This document shows positions 25,700 through 38,068 of a stretch of 64,000 nt of DNA, piece by piece. The stretch spans positions 199,373,774-199,437,773 of the forward strand of contig NC_068981.1 in assembly GCF_001194135.2 (NCBI RefSeq), in the 5' to 3' direction. This stretch comes from Octopus bimaculoides (taxonomy: Eukaryota). Each line of letters starts with the position of its first letter. Position 1 is the first letter of the stretch. Position numbers and translations under genes: made by a program. The notes beneath the pieces were generated by a model. The model saw only the letters and a list, made by a program, of their open reading frames with translations. It was not told where the DNA came from and made no database searches.

Positions 25700-26600
25700 A
25701 TTATTTGGACACCTACGATGGCGACCATGGTAATGATTGTGCAAGGAACAGGGTCTGTCCGCTTAACTCTAATTGTAGCTATGAAAATATCGTATACAGA
25801 TGTAAGATTTCAGAGAATAAAGAGTATTTCTATATAGGAGCTAGCTCATATATTAAGCAGAGAATTGCCAATCATTTAAGTTCATTTAGAAATAGGGAGA
25901 AAATGAATACTACCAGCCTTAGTAAACTAATTTGGGCACAAAAAGATAGTAACAAAGTATTTTCGATTGCTTGGGAAATAATTAGGAAAACAAAACCTTA
26001 TAAAATAGGCGATGATAGATGTGACTCTTGTGTGGAAGAAATGTACCAAATTTTCGCATTTACTCTTGTAAACATTAGACAAGAACAGGCTCTGAGATGT
26101 CCACACTGGATAAAATATACGTTTAAACTATTTAAAGAAACATAACTTACTATCTATAGTAGGTATGTTTGTTAAAATGATTATGATAATTAATGATATT
26201 TATGAAAATAATACAAATATAATTATAATAATAACAATAATATTAATTGTGGGTATAAACCCAAAATAAGTGAAATACCTCTGAATAAATAATGTACTCT
26301 ATTCAGTAAAATGTAAACAAAACTGCTACAATTAATTATAACATAAATAAACATTTTAAAATACACAATTCAACTATAATAGCAGTAGAGGGGGTTATAA
26401 GAGCAGAATTCAATTCGATTTAAAAAGTAACGCTATAACCTTCAACTGTATACCAACGCAGGAAACTTCTTCCGATTGGGTCACTTGGAAAACATTGTAA
26501 GTGATGGACCCTTGATGAAATTGCAGTGATTAGGATGCATAACTGCATACAGAGCAATAGAAGCATATGTTGGTCATTGTTATATATGGTGTAGAAAACA
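25700..26600 (+). mobile_element. Penelope-like GIY-YIG endonuclease relic plus 3' region
   Basis: CPLNSNCSYENIVYRCKI...YIGASSYIKQRIANHLSSF...TSLSKLIW...WEII...RCDSCVEE (ORF 25675-26145). Confidence 0.85.
26507..26575 (+). ncRNA. Degenerate minimal hammerhead-like motif (likely inactive)
   Basis: Stem I gacc/ggtc, core cTTGATGA, stem II attgc/gcaat, GAAG instead of GAAA, C-ATAT-G, TT. Confidence 0.45.
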
Positions 26601-26616
26601 TTTTAATAAAAAAATT

Positions 26617-26619
26617 TGG

Positions 26620-26661
<42 letters not shown>

Positions 26662-26664
26662 TTG

Positions 26665-26697
<33 letters not shown>

Positions 26698-26747
26698 TTG
26701 TGTATGTGTTTGTGTGTGTGTGTGTGTGTGTTTGTGTGTGTGTGCGT

Positions 26748-26843
<96 letters not shown>

Positions 26844-26846
26844 GTG
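26617..26846. repeat. Long interrupted (TG)n
   Basis: Direct reading. Confidence 0.95.
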
Positions 26847-27669
26847 ATTGAGTGCGTATGCATGTATGTAAGAAATTTCATAGGGACGACAGAGTGAAAA
26901 AAATTCACAAAACATCAACAGTGAGCTAAGAAAAATCTTTCCATCTATGCACCAAATAGAAAAAAAAGGTCTAACTTTTCGCTGCATCATAAGTTGCCCC
27001 AAATAATGCAGAAATCTGTCCTGATCATGGATCCTATCTGTCCTGATCATGGATCCTATCTGTCAGAGAAGACATGGTCTGACGTGCAATAAAAAATTGA
27101 AATAAAGGCATTCTATTGCGAAAATTGCCCGCCAACGACAAATGGTGTGTGTGTGTGTGTGTGTGAGAGTATTCGCATGGACACACATAAATGCACACAC
27201 TCTTTTTAAACTGCTGTACAAACAATCCATTTAAACACACACAAAACAGTCACACACACTCATCTTTTCTTCCCAATCCTGACAAACATTTCATCTCTAT
27301 CTCTTCCATTAATCTATAGAACGAAGACTCTCTCACTAACCCTGCCTGATTCTGTTAGTTTTCTTTTTACTACTTAAACTTACACGTATTTACCATAAAA
27401 TTAATCTTAATTCCATTTTGAAAATTAATTATAATTTGATCGCACTTAAGATATCTTCACATCTGTATTTTTTCATCCTTAAAATGTAATGCTACACATA
27501 ACTACTTCTATATTTATTTATATGTTTATTTATTTATATGTTTAACCAATTTCCCATTTAAAAATTTAACCCCCTCCATTACAATGCGCTATGGACCATT
27601 ATCAACTTACCGTTGCACACAAGCATGCAAACATTAATTTCTAACCCCCCCCCCCATATATATATATAT

Positions 27670-28400
27670 ATTTGTAACAGGATTTCAAACCTCTCTTCCT
27701 CTGAAGAAATTTTAGACAAACCAGCTTCCATTTATAATGGAGTCCTGTGCAACAGTGGTTTTCAAGAACCAAACCTAAATATAGACCTAAGAAGGTAATA
27801 TGGTTCGCTCCCCTTCTCCTTAAATGTTAGGACCAATGTAGAGAAAACTTTCTAGCCTTCAGAGGTAAACATGTCCTCGGTAACCTTAGTTGTAGAATTT
27901 TTTTTAATACTCATAAAGATTATCTATAGCTGCGGCCTTAATATGAAAAAAACATTTCACATAAGCCAACCAAAATGCCCATTCCAGACTGCAACTTCAG
28001 GAACCCAGATACATGCTCACTAGACAAGATGTACATATTTAGTTCAGTTGTCTACGAAGCCGAGTTTACTTTCGTTCTACCAACTAAAGGACCGAAAGAA
28101 AAAGAAAATATATTTGACTGTGCGATTGTAACTTCAGAGGAGATGCGCTACGTACCAGTCTTCTTTATAACGTGTAGATAAAAAGAAAGGCACTAAGCAC
28201 GCAGATTATATTAAGTGGGGCACATAATGAAGTGGAGTACCAACGAAAGATCTAGGCCCTACGTCAACGGGTTAAGAAAGTACAGGTTCTGTACCACTGA
28301 AGGAGCATCTTTATTAGATCAAAGAACTGCACTGACTTTATAAACTCGAAGTCTGTCATAATTTCGAGATGTATGCATTTGAACAAATTTCTGTTATCAA
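27670..28400 (+). mobile_element. Penelope-like relic (RT end / GIY-YIG)
   Basis: NRISNLSSSEEI...YNGVLCNSGF; CNFRNPDTCSLDK...SSVVYEAEF; MKWS...SRPYVNG...FCTTE. Confidence 0.65.
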
Positions 28401-28598
28401 ACTGGAAAACACCCCTTCACTGGATTAGACACACAGTTTCAGACACTTTAGTCTTTATCCTCATTCAACTATTCCAACACGCGATAGTTTTTATATCCTC
28501 ACCATCACATTTATTACTCAGATAAAACACATTATACACTCAACAGTAACAATATTTTTCGTAACAGGTTAAAGAGAGAGAGAGAGAAAGAGAGGGAG

Positions 28599-28646
<48 letters not shown>

Positions 28647-29104
28647 GGAGGGAGAGAAAGAGAGAGAAAAATGGAGAGATAATAGCCTTACTTCTCCCAT
28701 ATTTTTCCTTGTTTCTCTTTCTCGTATTCTTTCACGGAATAGCCATTTATATGAGCCAGAATGATTGCCGAGTCATACACGGTACACTGTATGAGCGTTT
28801 CTGAGCATGAAACCTCACGAAACACACGTATAACCCTTGTATTCATGAAATTATACGAATCTCCCGTTGACTGGAGTGCTTTTTTGAAGATACTTTCAGT
28901 AAACGAACTATCTATCTGTTATGTCTCAAGCTACTGATATCTAGCACCTTCGGATGATCTCTACACAACTGCTACTCGACTGCTACTCAACTCCCCTACC
29001 ACGGCCAGACTAACTCTATTTATATGTCTTGGGAGATCCTACTTCTTCGCCTGGGGGCACAACACTATCTATCTATCTAGCTAGCTAGCTGTCTATTTAT
29101 CTAT

Positions 29105-29850
29105 TTATGTGTAAGTACGTATGGATTTATAGGTATGGCGATTGAAGGAAGATAAAAATAAGTCTAACATAACTTGGTCCATAGTAAGGCACGTAAAACC
29201 ATCTAATATCATTTCCAGGAGATGCCGACTCTGCTCCGAGAAATCACTGTCTGTTCTGTGGACCAATGAGAATTTCAGAAAGACTCTCAAGATACCTACA
29301 TGCATATAAATGTACTTTCGCACAATGCATTGGGGGTGAATTTGAGCAATTGTTAACATTATTTACTTTAAGGTATGGATGAATTAAGTTTAGCTTTAAT
29401 CACCCTATTTTTATAAACACCAAGTAGATATTTAACTTGCTATGTGAACGTACATGCACCAAATCACACGTGTGCGTATTCTTACATCTTTGTGGATGCT
29501 TGTATGAGCGAGTGTACATGCACCATACAACCTACGCGAGGGCGTTTATACATCTACATCCATTAACAGTTATTTTTAATTCTCCACTCACTGTATTGCG
29601 TGTTCATTTCTTTCTTTCAACTGTTATTTTATTATTGATCTTCTATATTAACGAAGCTATATCCTTTAATCTGCTGCTTTCTTTACACAAAATGAGAAAA
29701 TACATTGCCGAACTGTTATTTTAACAAGTTATATCTATTTATCATGCGAAGAGACACAGATTCACTGTCGGATGCTCCTAAACCAGTTGTTAAGTTTTCC
29801 ACCAGTGAGGGACTGATGCTAGATGTGTCGAAACAATTGTAGTAATTAAT
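29105..29850 (+). mobile_element. Penelope-like GIY-YIG C-terminal fragment plus 3' region
   Basis: WRLKEDKNKSNITWSIVRHVKPSNIISRRCRLCSEK; downstream GAAA-CAATTG-TA motif at 29830. Confidence 0.6.
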
Positions 29851-29884
29851 AAAAATTCTCGTATCTTCCATCTTCCGTCTTACA

Positions 29885-30690
29885 TTTACCTTCCACCAAT
29901 GTTGATCCTTACTTCCATACCATCATGAAACTGCTTCAGAATAGTGAGAAACTTTACCGGGCATCCAGGTCTCCCCAAGATCCCCCACAAGGCAGTTCGA
30001 TTGACAGAGTCAAAAGCCTTAGTAAGATCAATGAATACCTGATAAAGTCCTATTTGCTGTTCCACACACTTTTCCTGTAACTTCCGAGCAGAGAAAATCA
30101 TGTCAACAGCACCCCTACCATTTCTGAATCCACTCTCTGTGATTCAAGAAGAATCTCATTAGCCACATATATCTGCAGCCATTCCAGCATTATTCGTGAT
30201 AGAACTTTGCCGACGGTAGCAAGTAGACAAATACCCACGAAAGTTATTGCATTCATCCTTTTATCCCTTATCCTTGAACATGACTTCCATGACTGCATCC
30301 TTCCAGTCTTTTGGCATAACTTCATTTTTCCATATCTTCTGTATTACTGCTGTTAGAATTTCTAGCAAAGTAGCCCCCCCCCCCACCAACTTAAATAGTT
30401 CTACATTCAGACTATCAATTCCTGGAGCTTTACCATTGTTCAGCTTTGATACTGCTTTTATTGTTTCCTCCACTGACGGACTGTCATCTAAGCACTCAAT
30501 GGGGGGCATTCTGTGGAATCATATCAACAACTTATGGTCGATTCAGAAGTTCATTGAAATGTTCCTCCCATCGTTTTAAGATGTCCACAGTAGGACATGA
30601 TGGCCCATACACCTCACGAAGGAAAGTATATAATAACTTAGTGTTCTTAACATTGGAAGCAGACTCAATCTCTTCTGCTTTCTTCTGCAA
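29885..30690 (-). mobile_element. BovB-type RTE RT fragment
   Basis: GKAPGIDSLNVELFK...PKDWKDA...GICLLATVGKVLSRI...DMIFSARKLQEKCVEQ...FIDLTKAFDSVNRTALW. Confidence 0.9.
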
Positions 30691-30960
30691 CTCTCTCTAT
30701 CTCTAATTAGTTGGGCTATGACCCTCTCCGCGACTTTCTGCTACAACCTGATCTAACAACTTGATACCTCTGTAATTATTTGTATCTAAAGCGTCACCTT
30801 TACCTTTGTAGCAGTTGACTATGGTGCTGCTACACCAGTCATTGGGTATGATTCCTTTGTGTATCACCTGGTTAACAATACGGGTGACTAGGCTATTGCC
30901 GACACTGCCAGATATTTTGAGCATCTCTGCGGTGGTTCCTGATGGGCCAGGGGCTTTCCA
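30691..30960 (-). mobile_element. RT N-terminal fragment of a second RTE family
   Basis: KAPGPSGTTAEMLKISG...IPNDWCSSTIVNCYKGKGDALDTNNYRGIKLLDQV. Confidence 0.85.
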
Positions 30961-30962
30961 GC

Positions 30963-30999
<37 letters not shown>

Positions 31000-31526
31000 C
31001 TACCTTTATCTGTCTTATTTAACTCTGTGTGGGTGTGGGTGTGTATGGGTGTGGGTGTGTGTGTGTGCGTGCGTGCATGCGTGCGTGCGTGTATGTGCAA
31101 TGCTCTAGAGCAATAAAAGAGTAAGTCATATTGCCAAAAATCACATGATTTCTGGTCAGACTATGAAAAGTTGTCTATAGATGTTTAATATTTGTATGGT
31201 TGGAATAATTTCAACAATAATCACACAACAGTAAATACAAAATGAGCAAAAGAAGAAAGGAATAAATTTGATATATGAAAGTATATGTCACTATCATCAA
31301 GTAATTTTGTGATTCTAAACTTCGTGTCATATAAGATATTTACCTGTCTGTAAAATCGATGATTCTCTGTGTAACTATAGTTACTGGCAGTTTGACCTTT
31401 CAGAGAATCTAAACGATGGTACTCACATGTAACTCTGAGTAGCTATGACTTGTCTCATCAAGTGTACACAAATAAACTCCATTACGTTCTTATCTCCTTT
31501 GCTAAACGATATATGTGTATACAAAT

Positions 31527-31619
<93 letters not shown>

Positions 31620-31623
<4 letters not shown>

Positions 31624-32832
31624 GATAAAGAAAAAGCTTCTATTTGAAACATTTTATATAAGACAATTGTATTTGTTTTTCAATTTTTTTTTACTAACTC
31701 TATATAATCTTTGTTTCAGAAAATGATAATAATGGCAGACCCTCAACTTACTCAAGAAATGAAGAGGCATGCTGTTATTGTGGTTATAAAGGCTGAGCAT
31801 AGCAATTTAGAAATATCTCGATTTTTGAAAGTTAACAGATGTTTCGTCTACAAAGTTTGTAAGGAGCTAGAGACTGAAGATGGAAACGCATCACCAGTAT
31901 CAAAACATAAAAAGCATTCTAAATGCCCTGAAATCATCAGAACACCTGAATTTATCCAACAAGTTCAACAGACCATTGATTACAATCCCAGAAAGTCTAT
32001 GAGGTCAACTGCAAAAGATCTCCAGGTGTCAGAAGGAACAGTCAGAAATGTTGTCCATGAAGACATCAGATATAAGTCTTATATGATGAGGAAAGTTCAG
32101 TTTGTCAGAAAAAGCAAAAGAAAATCACTACATCAGATCTAAAAGGCTCTGAAAACAAACTGAAAAATGACAGATGGCTATGTGCAGACCCTTCTGAAGT
32201 TCCAAGTGTTATGCATACAAAATTTCCTGCAACTGTCATGGTTTTAAAGATTGTCAGCAATGAAGGACATGTGATGCTTCCTTACTTCCTTCCACGAAGC
32301 CTTAGAGTTAACTCTGCTGCCTAAATTGAGGTCCTGGAAATAATTAAGCCCTGTATAGGCAGTGTATGCAATGGAAGGCCATATGTGTTTCAGCAGGACT
32401 CTGCACTATCACACGTGGCTCTAGTAACACAGGAATGGATGGCTGAAAACTTTCATAATCATATAACCCCTAACATTTGGCCTCTTAATTTCCCAGATCT
32501 CAATTCATTGGACTATATTACATATGGAGCATTGCTGAGAGAGAGTTCAATGAACTCACCCATAACACCAAAGACTCTTTGAAAGCTGCCATAGTCAGAG
32601 TAATGTCCAAAATGAACCAGGACCACTTGATTCGAACGTGGAGATGATTTAGATCTCGTATAGATTCAGTTGTTGAAGCTGAAGGTGGCTTTATTGAATA
32701 ACATTTTAGAAAAGAAGGTTTATTTTTATCCTCATAGCGTTTTTTGATAAATAAAGTTATTATCTGTTATTATATATCTGTTTCTTTTTTTATAAACGTA
32801 AATCTGTCCTCAAATGTCTTACGTACCTTGTA
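31620..32832 (+). mobile_element. Tc1/mariner DD37D (maT-like) transposon relic
   Basis: HTH region MKRHAVIV...RTPEFIQQVQQTIDYNPRKSMR; FQQD...WPLNFPDLNSLD has 37 residues between the D residues; frameshifted; ends ...ccttgTA. Confidence 0.85.
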
Positions 32833-32959
32833 TATACATGTTTGTTTTTTGTGTTCAGCTATAATAAAAACACTTTTACATTAATCTGATACGTCACTCT
32901 ATACTTTTGTAAAGTACAAATTTATTATTCTTATTCAAGAATATTGTTGACAGTGACTT

Positions 32960-34277
32960 CGAAGAAAAAGAATAAGTTTGCCAATATTCTATAGTGTGAG
33001 GACTAGAGGCTTGAGGTGTTTCAGTTTACAAGACGGTGTGTCAAGGACAAGCGTGATATTGTAAGAGAGAAGTGCATTCACATAGGTAATGACTCACTTG
33101 TCGTTAGTGATTCTGAAAAGAGGCTTCTATGAAAGGCTTCTAAATGTAGAGAACACATAGGAGTAGAAGCATCTGCCTAATGTGCACCCAACAGAGGGGC
33201 CAGCTATCTGAGTCACAAATCCTTTCAGGGAGACAGCTCTGCTCAATATGTAGGAAAGTTGTTGGTAGAAACTCTTTAAAGTGTACCCGATGCAAAATAT
33301 GGACACATAAGAGATGCAGCAGAATCAGAGGAAGGTTAATGGAGGAAGGAGTCTTTGGGACAAGAAGTGTAAAAGAAATATATTTCATCAAATGCCCAGG
33401 GAGATATTTAGAAGTAGTAGGTAGCTTCCGTTAGCTAGGTGACCAAGTCAGCAGTGGAGGAGGATGCTCTGAGAGTGTAGCTGTTAGAAGAAGAACAGGC
33501 TGGGTAAAGTTCAGAGAGCTTCCACTTTTGTTGATGACAAAGGGCCTCTTGCTCAAAGTGAAAGGCAGAGTGTATGAGGCCTGTGTGCAAACAGCCATGC
33601 TACATGGCTGTGAAACATGGGCTTTGACTGCAGAAGATATGCAAAGGCTTGTAAGCAATGAAGCTAGTATTCTCCACTGGATGTGCAATGTCAGTGTGCT
33701 CATACGACAAAATGTGTCTGAAGAGAAGAACTGGGTACAAGTGACATAAGATATAGTGTGAAAAAGAGAAGACTGTGCTTGTATGGTGATGTGATGTTAT
33801 AGGCAAGGACAGCTACGTAAAAAAGTACTGATCTCTAATTGTGGAGGGACCCTGCGGAAGAAGTAGACCCAGGAAGATATGGGATGAGGTGGTGAAGCAT
33901 GATATTTGAATGTTGGGCCTCACTGAGGTAATGACGAGTGACTGAGACTTTTGGTGATTTGCTGTGCTTGAGAAGATGTGTCAAGCCAAGGGAAATCGTA
34001 ATTGTGGCCAGTGCCAGTGACATGTCAAAGGCACTCATGCTGGTGATATGGTAAAGGCACCTATACTGGTAAAACATTAAAAGCACTGATGCTAGTGACA
34101 TGTAAAAGATACCCACTACACTCTTGGAGTAGTTGGTGTTAAGAAGGGTATCCAGTTGTAGAAACCAGGCCAAAACAGATTGGAGCCTGGTACAGCTCTC
34201 CAGCTTACCAGTTCCAGTCAAACTGTCTAACCCATGCCAGCAAGGAAAAACAGACGTTAAATGATGATGATGATGAT
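32960..34277 (+). mobile_element. Internally deleted RTE-like LINE (same family as 5957-6450)
   Basis: DKRDIVREKCI...; CSICRKVVGRNSLKCTRCKIWTHKRC; GWVKFREL...MLHGCETWALTAED; UTR and GAT tail. Confidence 0.85.
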
Positions 34278-34439
34278 GTATGTATGTATGTCATTGTTCA
34301 GTTTTATTCCAAGATTTCTTGCCAATAGAGAAAGAACCGGTTTCTAACCTTCATTGGAATTTCAACATCAACAACAGGGTATTTTTGTTTGTGTATATGT
34401 ATGTATGTATATGTGCAGGTTTGTATGCTTTGCTATATG

Positions 34440-35030
34440 TATGTATTCTCATGCATATAGTGTCTCTCCTGCCTTCTTTTCAAGAATGTTAGCTTCTTGT
34501 ACCAATATCCAACAACCAAGTCTTCCAGGTGCTTTTCCATCCTGGAGTTTCTGCATCGCATTTGCAAGAGTTTCACCATCAATGTTGTATGTCTTGGATG
34601 TATCATTTACAGATTTCTTTGCGTCACAGACCATCTTGGTTAAACTCCTTCTCTTCACTCCAGAGTTTCCTTCCAGAAGGAGTCTATGTCTTCTCGTGAA
34701 GAAGCTTCTCTGATGCCCACTGCTCCTCCTCTCATGTCTCTGTATACTGCTGCCTGGTTTCGCTTAAATCATTTGTTGATTGTTCTTCTCTCAGTTCTTC
34801 CCTTCTGATGTCAGAGTTTCTCACTGAGAAAGCTTTTAGCTCCTGCTTGAGGCTAATCAGTTTGCAAGTGAGTGTCCCCGTTTTACTGTCTCCAAACATC
34901 ATTTCTATCTCCTTCATTACTTCCTGTTGGTGGGACGTATAGTCATTTGCTTGTTTGCCTGCAATTAGCATCATTACATGGCTGATGGCCTTCCATAAAC
35001 CAGCTTTCTTTTTCTCTATCTTCAAAATCC
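34440..35030 (-). pseudogene. Degraded R4/RLE-type ORF fragment upstream of RT
   Basis: LKQELKAFSVR...IRR; ...LANAMQKLQDGKAPG..GCW resembles the pre-RT KAPG region of R4-like elements. Confidence 0.5.
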
Positions 35031-35761
35031 ATTTTCCGTGAGTTGAGGACCTTCAGCAATTCACTCTGGATCTCAACAACAATGTTAAAATGGCAACTTT
35101 TGAGCTGCCTTTTCATCTTGGGGAAGAAATGGAAGGCCATAGGTACTAAATCTGGTGAATAGGATGGGTGTGGAAGAGTTACCATGTTGTTTTTGGTAAG
35201 AAACTCATGAATGAGGAATGTTCGGAGACAGAGTGCATGGTTGTCATTGTGAAAAATCCAATTCTGTGTGCTCCCCAGATCTGGTTGCTTTCCTCAAATA
35301 TCTTCCCTCAAACACTTCAAAACGTCACAGTAGAACTCTCGGCTGACAGCCTGGCTCTGAAGAAGGAATTCTTGATGCCCAATATTGTTGATGATGGAAC
35401 AATTCATAAGCATGTTCTTGAGTTGTGGCTCTGTTGTGCCTCTCAAAATATTGAGTACAACCCATTGCTTCGTTACCATTAGTTTGCCAAAACTTGCTCA
35501 ATGTCTTTGTAGCAGACTTCCCAAGTTTAACACCAAATTTCACGTTGGCTCTTTGTTCCACCTTCCTGTCCATGACAAAAATCGCAGACTACGGCACACA
35601 CGTGATCACAAAAACACAACTTGTGAAGTGAACTCAGTGGTGCCACTCAGCACACGGCCCCAGGAAGGTCACTGCTGGTTCTCACTGCATACACAACCAT
35701 GTGCTGCCATCTACTGGCATGCTAGAAAACTAGTCCAGGAACTTTTTGATACCACCTCATA
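35030..35761 (-). mobile_element. Mariner relic with internal deletions
   Basis: MDRKVEQRANVKFGVKLGKSATKTL; LPHPSYSPDLVPMAFHFFPKMKRQL; TIR TAtgaggtggtatcaaaaagttcctggactag at 35730-35761. Confidence 0.85.
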
Positions 35762-36219
35762 CACACAAACATACCTACATACATACACAATGGAAGAAAC
35801 AGGAAGGCGAAGAGAAGGCATAAATTCCAATGCTAATAATGATGGTGTTGGTGTTTGCGGTGTTTGTAGGTGATTGATAATAAATGGTGGCAGCGGCGGC
35901 GGCGGCGGTGGTGGTGGTGGCAGCGGTGGTGGTAATGTTGATGTGCAGCTACTGCCTCAGCTGCTGCTGTTGCTGTTGCTGCTGTTACTGCTGCTGATGA
36001 GGATGAGGATGACAACAATGATAAATGTGTCCTTGAGGCTATTATGTAACTTAAGAATGTCGTTAATAAACTTTTGCTGCTCTGGTAAACACATGTTTGG
36101 AACGATGAAATAATTAAGTTTCCAGAGAAAAAAATAAGAATGTATTTGGTGAGGAAATCAAGAGACGCAGGACATAGAAAATGGAAAATATGTCCAGTTT
36201 GTCAATCAATGAAGTAATA

Positions 36220-36576
36220 AGAGGAGGAGGAGGAGGAGGAGGAGGANNNNNNNNNNNNNNNNNNNNNNNNNNNNNNNNNNNNNNNNNNNNNNNNNNNNNN
36301 NNNNNNNNNNNNNNNNNNNNNNNNNNNNNNNNNNNNNNNNNNNNNNNNNNNNNNNNNNNNNNNNNNNNNNNNNNNNNNNNNNNNNNNNNNNNNNNNNNNN
36401 NNNNNNNNGAGGAGGAGGAGGAGGAGGAGGAAGAGAAGAAGAAGAAGAAGAAGAAGAAGAAGAAGGAGAAGGAGAAGGAGAAAGAGGAGAAGGAGGAGAA
36501 GGAGAAGAAGAAGACGGAGGAGGAGGAGGAGGAGGAGAAGAAGAAGAAGAAGAAGAAGAAGAGAAGGAGGAGGAGG
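36220..36576. repeat. (GGA)n/(GAA)n purine microsatellite spanning a gap
   Basis: Direct reading. Confidence 0.95.
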
Positions 36577-37487
36577 AATCAGTGGTGTTTATATGTATCT
36601 TTTTAAACTGAATTATTTAAGATTAAGCAGAAGTGAAAGGAAATAAAATACAGATTCATATTGAAAACATGGCAATGTTGATGTAAGTTTTGAATGGAAA
36701 AAGTCCTGGGCTCTTCAGATAAATTCCTTTTATTCCATTTATCTGAATCCTTATTTTTCAGGAAGAATTTCAATCAGTCAAAAGTGTATTCTCCATCATT
36801 GTTTATGGCTTCTTGCTGATGTTCCACTTCTTGCTGAGTTTCTCTGGGCCTCGACTCTAGAAATCACTGGATTTTGACTCGAAGAATTCATTGAGCCACA
36901 TTGTCAGTTCTATGTTGAACGAAACACCATGCAGACTTTTAGAGAGTGATGGAGAAGCACACTGTTGAAGATGGCTGGCAATGGTATCATGACAGCATCC
37001 TTGCTGCTGGATTGATTCCAAAGTAGGTTTACATGGATTCTAGTAGATGGACGCATTCAGCTGATCCTCATTCGAATGAACAGGTTGGCTGGAACACAGA
37101 AAGTCTGTAAGGTCAAATTTCCCCTCCTTGGAGTGTGAAAAGCATTTCTGTGCAGTTCTCCCTACACAGCATAATTGTCTTGAGTGACTTTGGTAACTTT
37201 GGAACCTTGATTAAAAGCAAAGAGAAGCAGGTGTCAAAAATGCTCATTTTTTTCTACTTGGCATTCCATTGTCATATTGCTGAAAAAAGGTAAAATTTTT
37301 CAAATTTCAAAAACAACTATCAAAAGTTGTGGAGGAAGAACTGAGATGCTGAAAACCAAAAAACTCTGTGATTGAAATATTATTCTTTGTGTTAATTAAA
37401 ATAGCATTGGAAAGAAATGCATGAATTTCTCTGATGACCCAAGCAAAAGAGACGAAACACTGGTGACAAAGGTGAGCAGCACAAATG

Positions 37488-37610
37488 CAGACATGTCTGT
37501 GTGGTTAACAGATTTGCTTTGTAAGTACATGGTTGCAGGTTCAATCCCTCTGCATACCACCTGTGACAAGTGTCTTATCCTGTAGCTCTGGGTCAATAGA
37601 TTTTGTTACC
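37488..37610 (+). mobile_element. Degenerate SINE family A head
   Basis: tgtgtggttaa...catggttgcaggttcaatccc...caagtgtctt. Confidence 0.55.
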
Positions 37611-37894
37611 TTTCTTATCTAATTAATATTGGGATGGTGGGGGCTGTAACAGAAATGTAGTTGTTAGAAGTTAGGATGGATGAAAGAAGCTGAGGAAATT
37701 GTTGCATCTTTTGTCTTCCCAAATGGTTCCTCTTTCTAATTTGAAAATCAAACAAAAGAAAAGATGAAGAACAAGTGAACAAGTGGGCTTGAGGATAAGA
37801 TATGACTGAATATGGCAAAGTTACGGAGACGTTGGAGTGGCTGAAAAGAAATAAGAATAAGACTACTCTGTAGGAAATCTGGCCATTAAAGACA

Positions 37895-38068
37895 GCATCA
37901 TCATCGTTGTCATTTAATGTCCGCATGGGTTGGATGGTTTGATCGAGGACTGGCAAGCCAGAAGGCTGCACCAGGCTCCAATCTGATCTGGTTTCTACAG
38001 CTGGATGCCCTTCCTAATGCCAACCACTTCAAGAGTTTGGAGGGCACTTCTTACGTGCCACTGGCATG
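37895..38068 (-). mobile_element. RTE-like 3' UTR copy
   Basis: catttaatgtcc...gtttctacagctggatgcccttcctaatgccaaccac. Confidence 0.8.

Noticed and set aside
26567-27050. Poly-HT/CV, poly-D, poly-E/K, poly-P, poly-LS ORFs throughout the track
   Set aside because: Translations of microsatellites; no splice or homology support.
36760-37290. Non-repetitive GC-richer blocks (also 2200-2760) as exons
   Set aside because: Every frame is interrupted by stops; probably old unclassified TE relics that I cannot assign.
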